Of a stretch of 27,438 nucleotides of DNA, positions 16,911 through 26,270 are shown piece after piece (the stretch's first letter is position 1; every line of letters starts with the position of its first letter). This DNA comes from Promethearchaeota archaeon (GTDB lineage: Archaea > Asgardarchaeota > Lokiarchaeia > Sigyniarchaeales > SOKP01): NCBI GenBank assembly GCA_008080735.1, contig SHMW01000058.1, positions 1 to 27,438 on the forward strand, given 5' to 3'. The translations under genes were made by a program, and so were the position numbers. The notes below the pieces were generated by a model. The model was not told the DNA's origin. It worked only from the letters and a program-made list of their open reading frames with translations, and ran no database searches.

Positions 16911-18428
16911 TCATAGATTTTTATGTAAATTCGTCAGATAGTTCTCAGCAGTATCCAAGAGATGATTTAGGTCGTTTTTATCTTTTTTGTTCAGAATATT
17001 TACCATCAGACTCATACGAGGATTATTTTTAAAGGTTTCTCGATGCTTATGGATGAAGCGCCAGTAGAGCGCATCCCAAATATCACACCATTCACCTTTA
17101 GGATAATCGCTCATTTTTCTTACATAATTGGACGAACTCACATATGGCTTAGTCGTTATAAGCCCTCCATCCGCATAGGTGCTCATTCCATAAACATTTG
17201 GAACCATCACCCAATCATACGCATCGATGAATAGCTCCATAAACCACCTATAGATTTCATCTGGATGGATTTCGCAGAGGGTCATGAAATTTGCCAACAG
17301 CATTAGTCGCTCGATATGATGGAGATATGCATGTTGAAGGAGTTTTTGAATTATATTATCGATCGGAAGGATATTTGTTTCGGCAGTGTAAAATGCTTGG
17401 GGGATTGTCTGTGTGTGGTTCCAATGATTCGAATTTCTTTCATTGACACCTTCTAAGAGATATACAGCGCGAATAAATTCCCTCCAGCCGAGAATTTGGC
17501 GTATGAATCCTTCTAAAGAATTAATCGGGATTTTATTGGTTTTTGAATAGGAGATAGTTTTTTTGATTACCTCCTCTGGAGTTATGAGCCCAGAATTAAG
17601 CAAGGGTGATAGGAGGGAGTGAAAGAGCAGGATCTCCCCTTGCTGCATTGCGTCTTCATAGGGTCCAAACTGCTCAAATCGCTCCTCTAAGAAGGTTTGA
17701 AACCATTTCCATGCGGACTCATAGTCAATAGGATAGAAAAATCTTTCGAGTTCTCCTGGATTATCAGGAAACAGATCTTCTACATAGGTTTTTGCTTCTT
17801 GTACGTATTTATTTGAATCCATATTTATGTGTGGAAGTTGCGGAAGTTCGAGATTTTTGGGAATTTTTTTACGGTTTTTTACATCAAATGTCCATTTTCC
17901 TCCTATAGGGTTTCTATCTTTCATCAAGATGTTCATTCGCTTTCGCTGGTCAATGTAAAATGAGGTTTGTAAATACTTGTCTTTATTGTCAAAATAGTCT
18001 CGGATATACTCCCGAGCGCAGAGAAATCCAGGGGACTTGTACGCTTTTAAATCAATATTATGGGAATTGGATAACGTGTTCAATCTTTTTTCTACTGCCC
18101 AATCTGTTGGATCTGTATAATGAATAGTTTGAACCTTCTGGTTTTTGAATTCTTCAAACAAAGAGTTCATTGAACCAAGACGTTTGTCTTGCTGCTTTAT
18201 CGGAATGTGGTTTATGTATCGCACTGAAAACTCTTTGGAGGTGAGATGATCATAAAAACATCGCATAGACGCTCTGTGAAAGACTAATTTCTTTTTGTGA
18301 AGGTTGATGGGATATTGCGCGTCGTGAAAAAAGAGCGAATCTTCTACAATGTAAACCTCCCGAGTCGAGTCGAGGGCGGGATGTTGTTTAAACAGTTGAT
18401 GGGGAAAAATTAGCGTGATCTCGCTCAT
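16911..18428 (-). CDS. Cryptochrome/photolyase family protein (DPRP/COG3046, PhrB/CryB-related), lacking the Fe-S cysteines
   Basis: IFPHQLF, HKKKLVFHRASM, PIGGKWTFD, FGPYEDAM, EGFIRQILGWREF, HHIERLM, DAYDWVMVPNVYGM, TKPYVSSSNY. Confidence 0.93.
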   Translation of the reverse strand: MSEITLIFPHQLFKQHPALDSTREVYIVEDSLFFHDAQYPINLHKKKLVFHRASMRCFYDHLTSKEFSVRYINHIPIKQQDKRLGSMNSLFEEFKNQKVQTIHYTDPTDWAVEKRLNTLSNSHNIDLKAYKSPGFLCAREYIRDYFDNKDKYLQTSFYIDQRKRMNILMKDRNPIGGKWTFDVKNRKKIPKNLELPQLPHINMDSNKYVQEAKTYVEDLFPDNPGELERFFYPIDYESAWKWFQTFLEERFEQFGPYEDAMQQGEILLFHSLLSPLLNSGLITPEEVIKKTISYSKTNKIPINSLEGFIRQILGWREFIRAVYLLEGVNERNSNHWNHTQTIPQAFYTAETNILPIDNIIQKLLQHAYLHHIERLMLLANFMTLCEIHPDEIYRWFMELFIDAYDWVMVPNVYGMSTYADGGLITTKPYVSSSNYVRKMSDYPKGEWCDIWDALYWRFIHKHRETFKNNPRMSLMVNILNKKDKNDLNHLLDTAENYLTNLHKNL

Positions 18429-18529
18429 GTATCTTTCTTATTCATCCCCTCTTTATTTAGGTATCCCTTTTAAATTAAAGATAACCTCACGCGATCTGGC
18501 TGTTTGTTTGCGACTATAAATATGGTTTC

Positions 18530-18772
18530 TCATCTGATTTGGAAGCATGTCTCTCCTTGGGTTCGGAGACCTCGCATCCTCAAATGAAAGCCGGCTCTCT
18601 TCATTTCTCTGATAAAGCCTTTTGATCGGATGTAATCTTTCAGCACCTTTCCATGTCGATATCCATGAATTATCGTAATCTCATCAATATCATTCACTCG
18701 ACATTCCTCCAAACAGTACAGTATCTCATCAATGGCTTCCCATAAATGAAGCCCGTGGATATCGGTTTCCAT
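18530..18772 (-). CDS. Stand-alone Smr-domain protein
   Basis: DIHGL...EA...IIHGYRHG.VLK...G.T matches the Smr consensus (DLHG, IxHGxG). 80 aa. Confidence 0.85.
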   Translation of the reverse strand: METDIHGLHLWEAIDEILYCLEECRVNDIDEITIIHGYRHGKVLKDYIRSKGFIREMKRAGFHLRMRGLRTQGETCFQIR

Positions 18773-19211
18773 TTTAATTTATTTTCTTATAATTTATGAT
18801 TAATACTAAAACTTTCTTCAAGGCGGCGAGTATTATGCCAATTTGAATATTCTGAAAATCTAATGTTCTTTGAAATAATTTTAAAACCATTATCGTGCTA
18901 TGATCCTTACATATATGTTTCCTTACTGCTCAGAGAAGAATTATAACTTCTGTTTAAATATAAAGAAAAGAACCTAATTTTTTTCATCATGGACTTTCCA
19001 TTTCACTACATTATTATAATAAGAAATAATCAGATTCACTTTAATTATAGGTTTATTAATAGATAGACACATTTATCTGCATAAAATTATAAATCGGAAA
19101 GATCATATTACTTATAGAAAACAAAAAACAGATTTGTGATAGGTATAAGAATCTAATAAATAATCAAAGATCAGAAGTCTAAATTACCAGTTTATTTGGA
19201 TAAAATTGAAT

Positions 19212-20702
19212 ATGATTGACCAGCTCTACCAAAAAGGAAAGGCATATTATAAAAGCCAAAATTACGAAAAAGCTCTCGAGATATTTAGCGAATTAAAGGA
19301 CTACGACGAAAAACATCTAATCGCCTTGAAATTTCTCAGTTTATGCTATGCTCACCTTGAGGATTACAAGAATGCGATAAAAACTTTTGAAAAGGGGATT
19401 GAGCTCGATGAGAATAATGAAGTTTTTTGGATGAATTTGGTTAAAGCTCTTTTTCAAGTTGGTAATCATAAAAAGCTGATCAAAAAAGCTCGAATGGCAA
19501 AACAAAAATTTCCCAATAATGAATTCTTTTGTAACATAATTGGTGTTGCATATTTAAATTTGAACGATATAGAGAAAGCAATCGATTCCTTTAAGAAAGC
19601 ATTAAGAATAAGCGAGAGATCTAAAAAATCGTGGGTTTACCTATGCAGAGCATATAACATGAAAGGAGTAAATTTTAGATATGATGATTATAAACCTAAT
19701 ACAGAAATCTCATGGTATTTTCTCGCTAAAGAGTTGATGCTTAGTGAATTTTATGAAGATGCCATCTACGCGTGTAATTTTGCCCTCAAAATTAATCCGA
19801 GTTTTGAAGGTGCTTTTACCTTACGGAATAAAATCCGAGATATAAAACAGCAGACACCAAAACTTAAAGCGAGACAGAAAGTAAAAAAAAAACCACCGAA
19901 AGGTCCACCTAGAAAGAAACTTAAGGTCGAAAAGGAAACTTCCCGTTATGAACTCTATGATCAAAGGATGAAAAAATTTCAAGATCGATTTAAGCAACTC
20001 AAATCTGTAGAAACTCAAGAAAAAGGAGAGGAGGAATCACTAGACAAAAGGATGGAAGAAGCTAGAAAGCGATTAGAGATGCTGAAGCTTGAGGATTCTG
20101 ATGTTTATTTCGAATCAAAAAAGCAAATTTCAGACACGGATGCAGATGAGGGAGAAGAGAAGGATTATTTTATGGAATCTAAAAAAGAATTTGATATTCA
20201 GAATCTTAGTAGCGGTCAAACTCAAAATGAGAAGCCTAAACCTGAACCCGAAATATACTTAGGAAATACACGCTGCGAATTAAAAGACATCACTTTTGTC
20301 ATTGATGGGGCAAATCTCGCTCTCTATGATGCGGATACTAATGATAAAGATGATATTGTAAAGGGAAATGTCTGGAGATTAGAGGTTTTAATTGATACCA
20401 TGAAATCTCTGGGCATCTCAGATTATTTAGTCATGTTTGATAGGGCTCTGATATATAAAATTGATGAACCCGATGCCTATGAACAGTTACTAAAGAAGGA
20501 AAATTTTATCGAGGTGACGGGCGGAACTCAAGCGGATAATTTCATATTACAATATGCAAAAAAAGAGAATGCCTATATTATCTCGAATGATATGTTCCGA
20601 GACTTCTATGAGGTATATGGTAGAGATTGGATTGTTGAGAAACGCATTGCGTTCCAGTTCGTCAATGATTTCTTGTTTTTCGATAAGATTTCCGTAATAT
20701 AA
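19212..20702 (+). CDS. TPR-repeat protein with C-terminal NYN/PIN (Zc3h12a/Regnase-like) ribonuclease domain
   Basis: About five TPR-like repeats, a charged linker, then FVIDGANLA...FD...ADNFIL..A...IISNDMFRD with the acidic catalytic set intact. ATG at 19212. Confidence 0.85.
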   Translation: MIDQLYQKGKAYYKSQNYEKALEIFSELKDYDEKHLIALKFLSLCYAHLEDYKNAIKTFEKGIELDENNEVFWMNLVKALFQVGNHKKLIKKARMAKQKFPNNEFFCNIIGVAYLNLNDIEKAIDSFKKALRISERSKKSWVYLCRAYNMKGVNFRYDDYKPNTEISWYFLAKELMLSEFYEDAIYACNFALKINPSFEGAFTLRNKIRDIKQQTPKLKARQKVKKKPPKGPPRKKLKVEKETSRYELYDQRMKKFQDRFKQLKSVETQEKGEEESLDKRMEEARKRLEMLKLEDSDVYFESKKQISDTDADEGEEKDYFMESKKEFDIQNLSSGQTQNEKPKPEPEIYLGNTRCELKDITFVIDGANLALYDADTNDKDDIVKGNVWRLEVLIDTMKSLGISDYLVMFDRALIYKIDEPDAYEQLLKKENFIEVTGGTQADNFILQYAKKENAYIISNDMFRDFYEVYGRDWIVEKRIAFQFVNDFLFFDKISVI

Positions 20703-21044
20703 CCCCTGGAATATTTAACGTCTGAATCTAAATACAAATAATAGTATATTATGATAATTTAAAAGACCAGATCTATTCAATGCACTACATGAATAAATTA
20801 GATTTATTCTAAAATTATGAATTCTCTTAAAAACCTATTATTTTTTCATAATAATAGAGAATTTTTATCAAAATTCTGTTGGAATCTATAAGTCTAGTTG
20901 CTCTATTCTTAAAGTAGGAATTCAAGAAGCTTTAAAAGATATAAATCTTGATTATGATAAATTTATTGAATGAGATAGTCTATATAATTGGTAATAACTT
21001 AAAGAATCTATATTTGAAGCTCGAATGATGATAGGTCTGACAGT

Positions 21045-21137
21045 ATGAATCCGAATAATTCTTCCAGGGAAGCACGTCGAGACAAAAGGTCAAATCAGAT
21101 GAATCCAAACAATCCAGAATACAAAAGGAATAAATAA
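21045..21137 (+). CDS. Possible 30-aa microprotein with a repeated MNPNN motif
   Basis: MNPNNSSREARRDKRSNQMNPNNPEYKRNK*. In-frame upstream SSNDDRSDS completes a second D.RS..MNPNN unit. Locally less AT-rich than its flanks. Confidence 0.5.
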   Translation: MNPNNSSREARRDKRSNQMNPNNPEYKRNK

Positions 21138-21317
21138 AACCATAGTTCAATTTCTCCAATTTCCACCTTATCCGAATTATACTATGTTTTTTCAATTTTT
21201 TGCTTCTTACAAATTATAAATTTCCCGAAGTGAAGCCATTCAAATATTATTTAAAGATTTGAATGAAATAAGATAATCAATATTTTTATAATCGAAGCCT
21301 TTTTTTCTATACAGAAA

Positions 21318-22091
21318 ATGATCGATTGGCCTCCCTCCCGTTGTGAATTTCCCGACAACTTTATCGAGCGCATGATCGCATTCGACAAATGTGAATGTGA
21401 ACTGACATGTGAGCTCTTGGGTAGGTCCAGTTATCATGAGTATACCGATGCGACTGTCTGGGATGAGGGTTTGCTCGAAGATATCCATGCCGCAGGGGAG
21501 GGTATTCTTAACTTTATCGCATGCTGTTCGGAACTGAATGAAAAATCGTACTTTGGGAAAAGAATTGTATCCTTAGATATCGAGACGACTACGTGGTTCC
21601 CGAAAGCCTATGAAGGATTTGTCAACATTCTAGGCATGTCGGTGCTGGATCTGCGAGAGGGACCAATTGAGAATTCCAGACTTTTGATTCACCAAACCTT
21701 TAATATGCTGCGAAAGAAGGAAAAAGCATGCCATTTACTCCATTTGGCGCTTGATATTTTGAATGATGCCGATATCGTGCTGGTGTTCAATAAGGGCTTT
21801 GATATCAAGATTTTGAATACCATTATTGAGAATTTTTGTATTGAATATGAGTTTCCGGAAACGATTGTTGACTTGAAAGATTCTTATCGGAGTCTTGCTC
21901 ATTTAGAGCAGTTTTTAAAGAAAAAAGTCAAGTTTCGACGTCTTAATTCGGAAAAGGGAAAGTATCCAGATTATTATAAGCTATTTAAGGGCAAAGGAAG
22001 TAAGGGTGTGGGAAAACAAATAGAGCCAATCGGAATCTATAACATAATGGACACCTTGACGCCGCTCTACGCATTTCTTTTGCTCGAATAG
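21318..22091 (+). CDS. RNase H-like / DEDD 3'-5' exonuclease-domain protein (RNase_H_2/YprB-like)
   Basis: Exo I SLDIETT, Exo II FNKGFD, Exo III YNIMD, with a Cys-containing N-terminal extension. Confidence 0.7.
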   Translation: MIDWPPSRCEFPDNFIERMIAFDKCECELTCELLGRSSYHEYTDATVWDEGLLEDIHAAGEGILNFIACCSELNEKSYFGKRIVSLDIETTTWFPKAYEGFVNILGMSVLDLREGPIENSRLLIHQTFNMLRKKEKACHLLHLALDILNDADIVLVFNKGFDIKILNTIIENFCIEYEFPETIVDLKDSYRSLAHLEQFLKKKVKFRRLNSEKGKYPDYYKLFKGKGSKGVGKQIEPIGIYNIMDTLTPLYAFLLLE

Positions 22092-22317
22092 CTCAAATGT
22101 GTTTTAATGTGTATAATAGTTGTTAAGCTTGTTAAGCCAAATATTTTTATATGTGTGAAATTCTATAATAACCATATGAGGTATACGTTCTTCGCACCAA
22201 ATATTAACTTCCCAATAGGTTTTAGTTATAATATTTAAATAAAAAATCTGATATTTACATTATATAAATCTCTAAATTGACAAAAATAAAATCTACACAA
22301 ATTCACGAGTAAAACCA

Positions 22318-23589
22318 ATGCCAGAATTTCTAACAGAATATCAAACGGAATTGGATGCGAAATCGAAGAGAATCATCTCGGACTATGAAGATAAAAAAAT
22401 CAATAAGTTCTATGAACCCTATTTCACACAATATTGGAATGTGCATAAACTTACAGATGAGATTCCCGCGGAAAAAGTACTGGCGGTCGATGGGAGTATG
22501 GGAGTTGCTCCAATTGGAAATGGCGGGATTTTCTACGTGGTTCGAGCGCTTGGAATAGATAAGGAAAAACGGTATCGGAAGATATTTGCTGATTTTAATT
22601 ATTCGAATGAGCGGAATTTTGGGAATTTTGTGGGAAGACTGATGGAATGGACCGAGCATTTGGTCATGATTGACGCAATTAAGGACGGATTTCGGGATTT
22701 TATCTTGTTGGACGGCTCCATCTATGGCAGATTAGCCCACGTACCACTGGAATGGGACCTACTCAATTCCAAGGGGTTTATGATCGAATATTTCGACACT
22801 ATTATCGAGCTCTTAAGTCTCTGCAAAAACCATTCCATCCCCATCATTGGAATAAGCAAGGAAAGTAAGACATCCTTTTTCAGAGAATTTCTCATCAAGG
22901 AAATGATTAAGGATATAATACCCGATGACCGCTTGAGAAAGAAATTAATAAGCGTGACGCTCAATGATAGACGATTGGGCGTTCAGGAAGCGCAAAAAAC
23001 CGGTGATAAGAGAATTATCACATTGATTAATGAATTAGTCCACAGAAAACCGGATTCATTGTTAGTTCTTAGCCGCAGCAATAACGGTAATAATTCGGGC
23101 TACACGCAACCGCTAATCCTTGGGGGAAGCCAGAGATGGCATCGCGCAGTACGGGAAATAGAGCGCAGCGCTCGCTCCTACATCACCTCCAATTTTCCGG
23201 TCTCTTCGGAAGATGATGAGTTCATGGACAGAGCGGTGGAAGTGGTTGAACGGCTTACGGAGGTACCCGCGATTATCTCATTCCACTTACTTCCCCAAGT
23301 CATTGATACACCGATGCGAATTGATATTCCCGCATGGTACTTTGACTCTCCGCACAAACTTAAGGAAATGGGCTGGCCAGAACCGATTGAGATCGATTTA
23401 GACACCATCTTGAAGCTCATCTCATCCGGTTATTGCGGCTTGGAGAATTATAATATTTGGTTATCTCATGTAGATTCGGAAGTAAAATTAAAGAGGAACG
23501 TGTTTGAAGAACTGTATATAAATAAATTTGAAGAAATTATAGGAACATATTCAACAGCAAGAGGTTATAGACGTGTCAGGTACCCATAA
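22318..23589 (+). CDS. nurA: DNA double-strand break repair nuclease NurA
   Basis: VLAVDGS, E.LV, ILLDGSI, IGISKES, RID motifs. First gene of the operon with herA, mre11 and rad50. Confidence 0.9.
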   Translation: MPEFLTEYQTELDAKSKRIISDYEDKKINKFYEPYFTQYWNVHKLTDEIPAEKVLAVDGSMGVAPIGNGGIFYVVRALGIDKEKRYRKIFADFNYSNERNFGNFVGRLMEWTEHLVMIDAIKDGFRDFILLDGSIYGRLAHVPLEWDLLNSKGFMIEYFDTIIELLSLCKNHSIPIIGISKESKTSFFREFLIKEMIKDIIPDDRLRKKLISVTLNDRRLGVQEAQKTGDKRIITLINELVHRKPDSLLVLSRSNNGNNSGYTQPLILGGSQRWHRAVREIERSARSYITSNFPVSSEDDEFMDRAVEVVERLTEVPAIISFHLLPQVIDTPMRIDIPAWYFDSPHKLKEMGWPEPIEIDLDTILKLISSGYCGLENYNIWLSHVDSEVKLKRNVFEELYINKFEEIIGTYSTARGYRRVRYP

Positions 23590-25126
23590 AATAGGTATGA
23601 TTATTGGAGAGGCAAAACCCACCGAGTTCGTGTTTGCGACTCACGAAGATGTCTCTCGATTGGAATATTTGCTCATTAAGTCAACGGAAAATGTAGCAGG
23701 AGGCGAACTAGATGTCGAGATCGTGGCCCAAATTTCCACCATTTATTCGGGGTCAAAAGCCTTAATGGAAGGTATTAAACTAACGGACGCCGAAAAGATT
23801 CAAGAAGCCGGATTAGTTGATAATCGGACCTTCGCGATGGCAAAAGTGTTGGGCTTCCTTCATAAGGGACAGATTTATCAACCAAGGCGTGCGATTCAAC
23901 CCGGAAAAGAAGTCTATTTAGCACCCGAAGATCTGTTGGAACAATTCTATTCATATCCCAAGGGTGAGGGATTGACCATCGGCAATTTGATCACGCGACC
24001 GAAAGTGCCCGTACGGATCACGCTGAAAGGTTTTAGAAGGCATCTTGCCATCTTGGCTCAGACAGGCGCAGGAAAAAGTTATACCGCCGGGGTGTTAGCC
24101 GAAGAATTATTTGATAAGGGCGCCACGATTTTGATCATAGACCCGCACGCCGATTATGTCTTTTTAGGCAATAAGAAAGGCGGAGGGAACATTAACAGGT
24201 TTGACGTTTTCCGCACCCCCCAAAGTACGGGGCGATATGATGAGTCCAAGATCGGCAAAAAAATTCAACCGTACCAAGTCAAGTTCTCTGATTTAAGCCA
24301 GAATGAGATCGAAAAAGTAAGCGGAATCCACGAGCGATTTACGAATATCTCCGGAGCGCTTAGAGCTGCTTTGGATGAGCTCGGCGATGGATATAGCTTA
24401 GAAGATCTTCTGGATGTTTTAGACCAAGGTGATGCGAATGCGAAGAAAGCGAGAAATTATGTGGAACGGTTGTCCTATATGAACGTATTCGGCACCGCAA
24501 CTACGGATTATGAAAAGTTTTTGAAACCGAAATATTTATCTGTGCTGGATCTCTCTGGGTTGGACGATAGCGTGTCAGATTATATTAACTATCGAATTAT
24601 GCGAGATATCTATCAGACTGCTGAGAGAGGGGACCTTGACTTTCCAGTATTTATCTTTATTGAAGAAGCGCATCGGCTTATTCCTTCCCGAGAAAACACG
24701 CTCTCTAAAAATATCATTAAGCGGATCGCCGCAGAAGGACGTAAGTTTGGGGTGTTTCTGGTCCTTATTACTCAGCGACCATACAAGATAGACCAAGACG
24801 CGTTGAGTCAATGCAACAGTCAAATTATCATGCGAATGACCAACCCCGAAGATCAAAAGGCCATTAAAACCAGTTCGGAACGCGTGAGCGAAGAATTATT
24901 GGACGATTTACCCGGGCTGAATGTGGGTGAGGCTGTAGTCGTCGGGGAGATCACTCGAGCACCAATTATGGTCAAGATCAGAGAACGCAAGACCCAAGAG
25001 GGAGGCGGTGATATCGATATTGTAGGCAAATTAAGTGAAGCTCGCGATGCTGCCGTGACTGAAGAAAAAGAAAAGCCAGAACGATTGAAACAAGAAGTGG
25101 AAGATCTCAAAAGCATGATGGAATGA
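23573..25126 (+). CDS. herA: HerA ATPase / DNA translocase
   Basis: HAS-barrel-like N-terminus, RHLAILAQTGAGKS (Walker A), IDPH.DY, FIEEAH (Walker B), EGRKFG, TQRP, SQCN. The GTG start overlaps nurA. Confidence 0.95.
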   Translation: MSGTHKIGMIIGEAKPTEFVFATHEDVSRLEYLLIKSTENVAGGELDVEIVAQISTIYSGSKALMEGIKLTDAEKIQEAGLVDNRTFAMAKVLGFLHKGQIYQPRRAIQPGKEVYLAPEDLLEQFYSYPKGEGLTIGNLITRPKVPVRITLKGFRRHLAILAQTGAGKSYTAGVLAEELFDKGATILIIDPHADYVFLGNKKGGGNINRFDVFRTPQSTGRYDESKIGKKIQPYQVKFSDLSQNEIEKVSGIHERFTNISGALRAALDELGDGYSLEDLLDVLDQGDANAKKARNYVERLSYMNVFGTATTDYEKFLKPKYLSVLDLSGLDDSVSDYINYRIMRDIYQTAERGDLDFPVFIFIEEAHRLIPSRENTLSKNIIKRIAAEGRKFGVFLVLITQRPYKIDQDALSQCNSQIIMRMTNPEDQKAIKTSSERVSEELLDDLPGLNVGEAVVVGEITRAPIMVKIRERKTQEGGGDIDIVGKLSEARDAAVTEEKEKPERLKQEVEDLKSMME

Positions 25127-25154
25127 GAATTGAACACGGAGGAAAAAATAGAAA

Positions 25155-26270
25155 ATGAGAATTGCGCATATTTCGGATACGCACTTAGGATATCGACAGT
25201 ACAATCTCAATGTGCGGGAGCAGGATATTTATGATGCCTTTAATCAAGCGATCGATATTGCCTTAGAGGAACGAGCCGATGTGTTGATCCATTCGGGAGA
25301 TCTGTTTGATACTCCTCAACCACCGATCAAGGCGCTTTATACCTTAAAAGATGCCTTGGGACGGATCGGAGATAAAATGAAGGTTTTGTGCGTGTTGGGA
25401 GAGCATGATACCCCCAAACGAAGGGGGATGGCCCCGCATCGATTATTTGATATTTTTGGTATTAACGTGTTAGGGGCAAATTATCATCTAGAGGATATTG
25501 TAATTGATGATGTCTTGTTTGCGGGCATTTCGAATATACGAGGGCAAGCAAGTGATCACCTGAAAGCGGAATTGAAAAAGTTTGATCCGATGGCTGAGAA
25601 GTATGAAAGCGCTGTATTGATACTTCATCAAGCGTTAGAAACCTATCTCCCATTTGAAGGCGCGTTTCAGCTCAAGGATGATGAACTACCCCAGAACGCA
25701 ATATATTACGCGATGGGGCATATTCATGCACGTGAGATGGAAAGCTTTGGACGGGGCAAACTTGCCTATAGTGGTTCCACCGAGATTATGAATAAAGATG
25801 AAATTACATCCTGGCAAGAGAAAGGGAAGGGCTTGAATCTAATTGATATTGACAAGGGAGAAGTGGAAGTAGAGCAGATTGATCTAGATTTGCGTCCGCA
25901 GAAAAAACTGACCATCGAGGTGGAAAACTTGGAAGAGCGGTTGAAAGAACTCTCGTTTGAGAAAAAGCCTATCCTTCACTTGGAAATCATCGGAAAATTA
26001 ATTGACAAAAAATCAGTGTATGAAACTCTGAAGGACCACTTGGAGGAGAATGTGGTTTCTTATCGACCCGTGTTTACCAATACCGAAGTCAAAAAACTTC
26101 AAATTCCCAAGGGCAAAATCGATTTTGCTGAAATTCTACGGCAATATTATGAGGAGGAGGATAAAGCGGAGTTCGCCTTGGAATTGTTTGAGACGCTCTC
26201 GATCGGTGAGGTTGAAGGCGCGATTGAGAGTGCTCATAAACGATTGGAAGGAGGTGATTTTTCGAAATGA
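25155..26270 (+). CDS. mre11: Mre11 nuclease
   Basis: HISDTHLG, HSGDLFD, GEHD, LHQ, MGHIH, YSGS. GGAGG at 25138-25142 upstream. Confidence 0.95.
   Translation: MRIAHISDTHLGYRQYNLNVREQDIYDAFNQAIDIALEERADVLIHSGDLFDTPQPPIKALYTLKDALGRIGDKMKVLCVLGEHDTPKRRGMAPHRLFDIFGINVLGANYHLEDIVIDDVLFAGISNIRGQASDHLKAELKKFDPMAEKYESAVLILHQALETYLPFEGAFQLKDDELPQNAIYYAMGHIHAREMESFGRGKLAYSGSTEIMNKDEITSWQEKGKGLNLIDIDKGEVEVEQIDLDLRPQKKLTIEVENLEERLKELSFEKKPILHLEIIGKLIDKKSVYETLKDHLEENVVSYRPVFTNTEVKKLQIPKGKIDFAEILRQYYEEEDKAEFALELFETLSIGEVEGAIESAHKRLEGGDFSK

Noticed and set aside
18773-19205. Hidden gene or ncRNA in the long Smr / TPR-NYN spacer
   Set aside because: Very AT-rich. I found only short open stretches without starts or motifs and no convincing stem-loops.
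20980-21195. 71-aa minus-strand ORF
   Set aside because: No motif and a TTG start. The opposite strand carries the more convincing MNPNN repeat micro-ORF.
22120-22137. Tandem TTGTTAAGC x2 upstream of nurA as an operator
   Set aside because: Only two copies of a 9-mer, not seen upstream of the other repair genes, so it may be chance.
22318-25126. HerA-based anti-phage system (Sir2-HerA, or a DUF4297-HerA-like nuclease-HerA pair)
   Set aside because: The partner is NurA and the genes are coupled to mre11-rad50, which is the known archaeal end-resection module.
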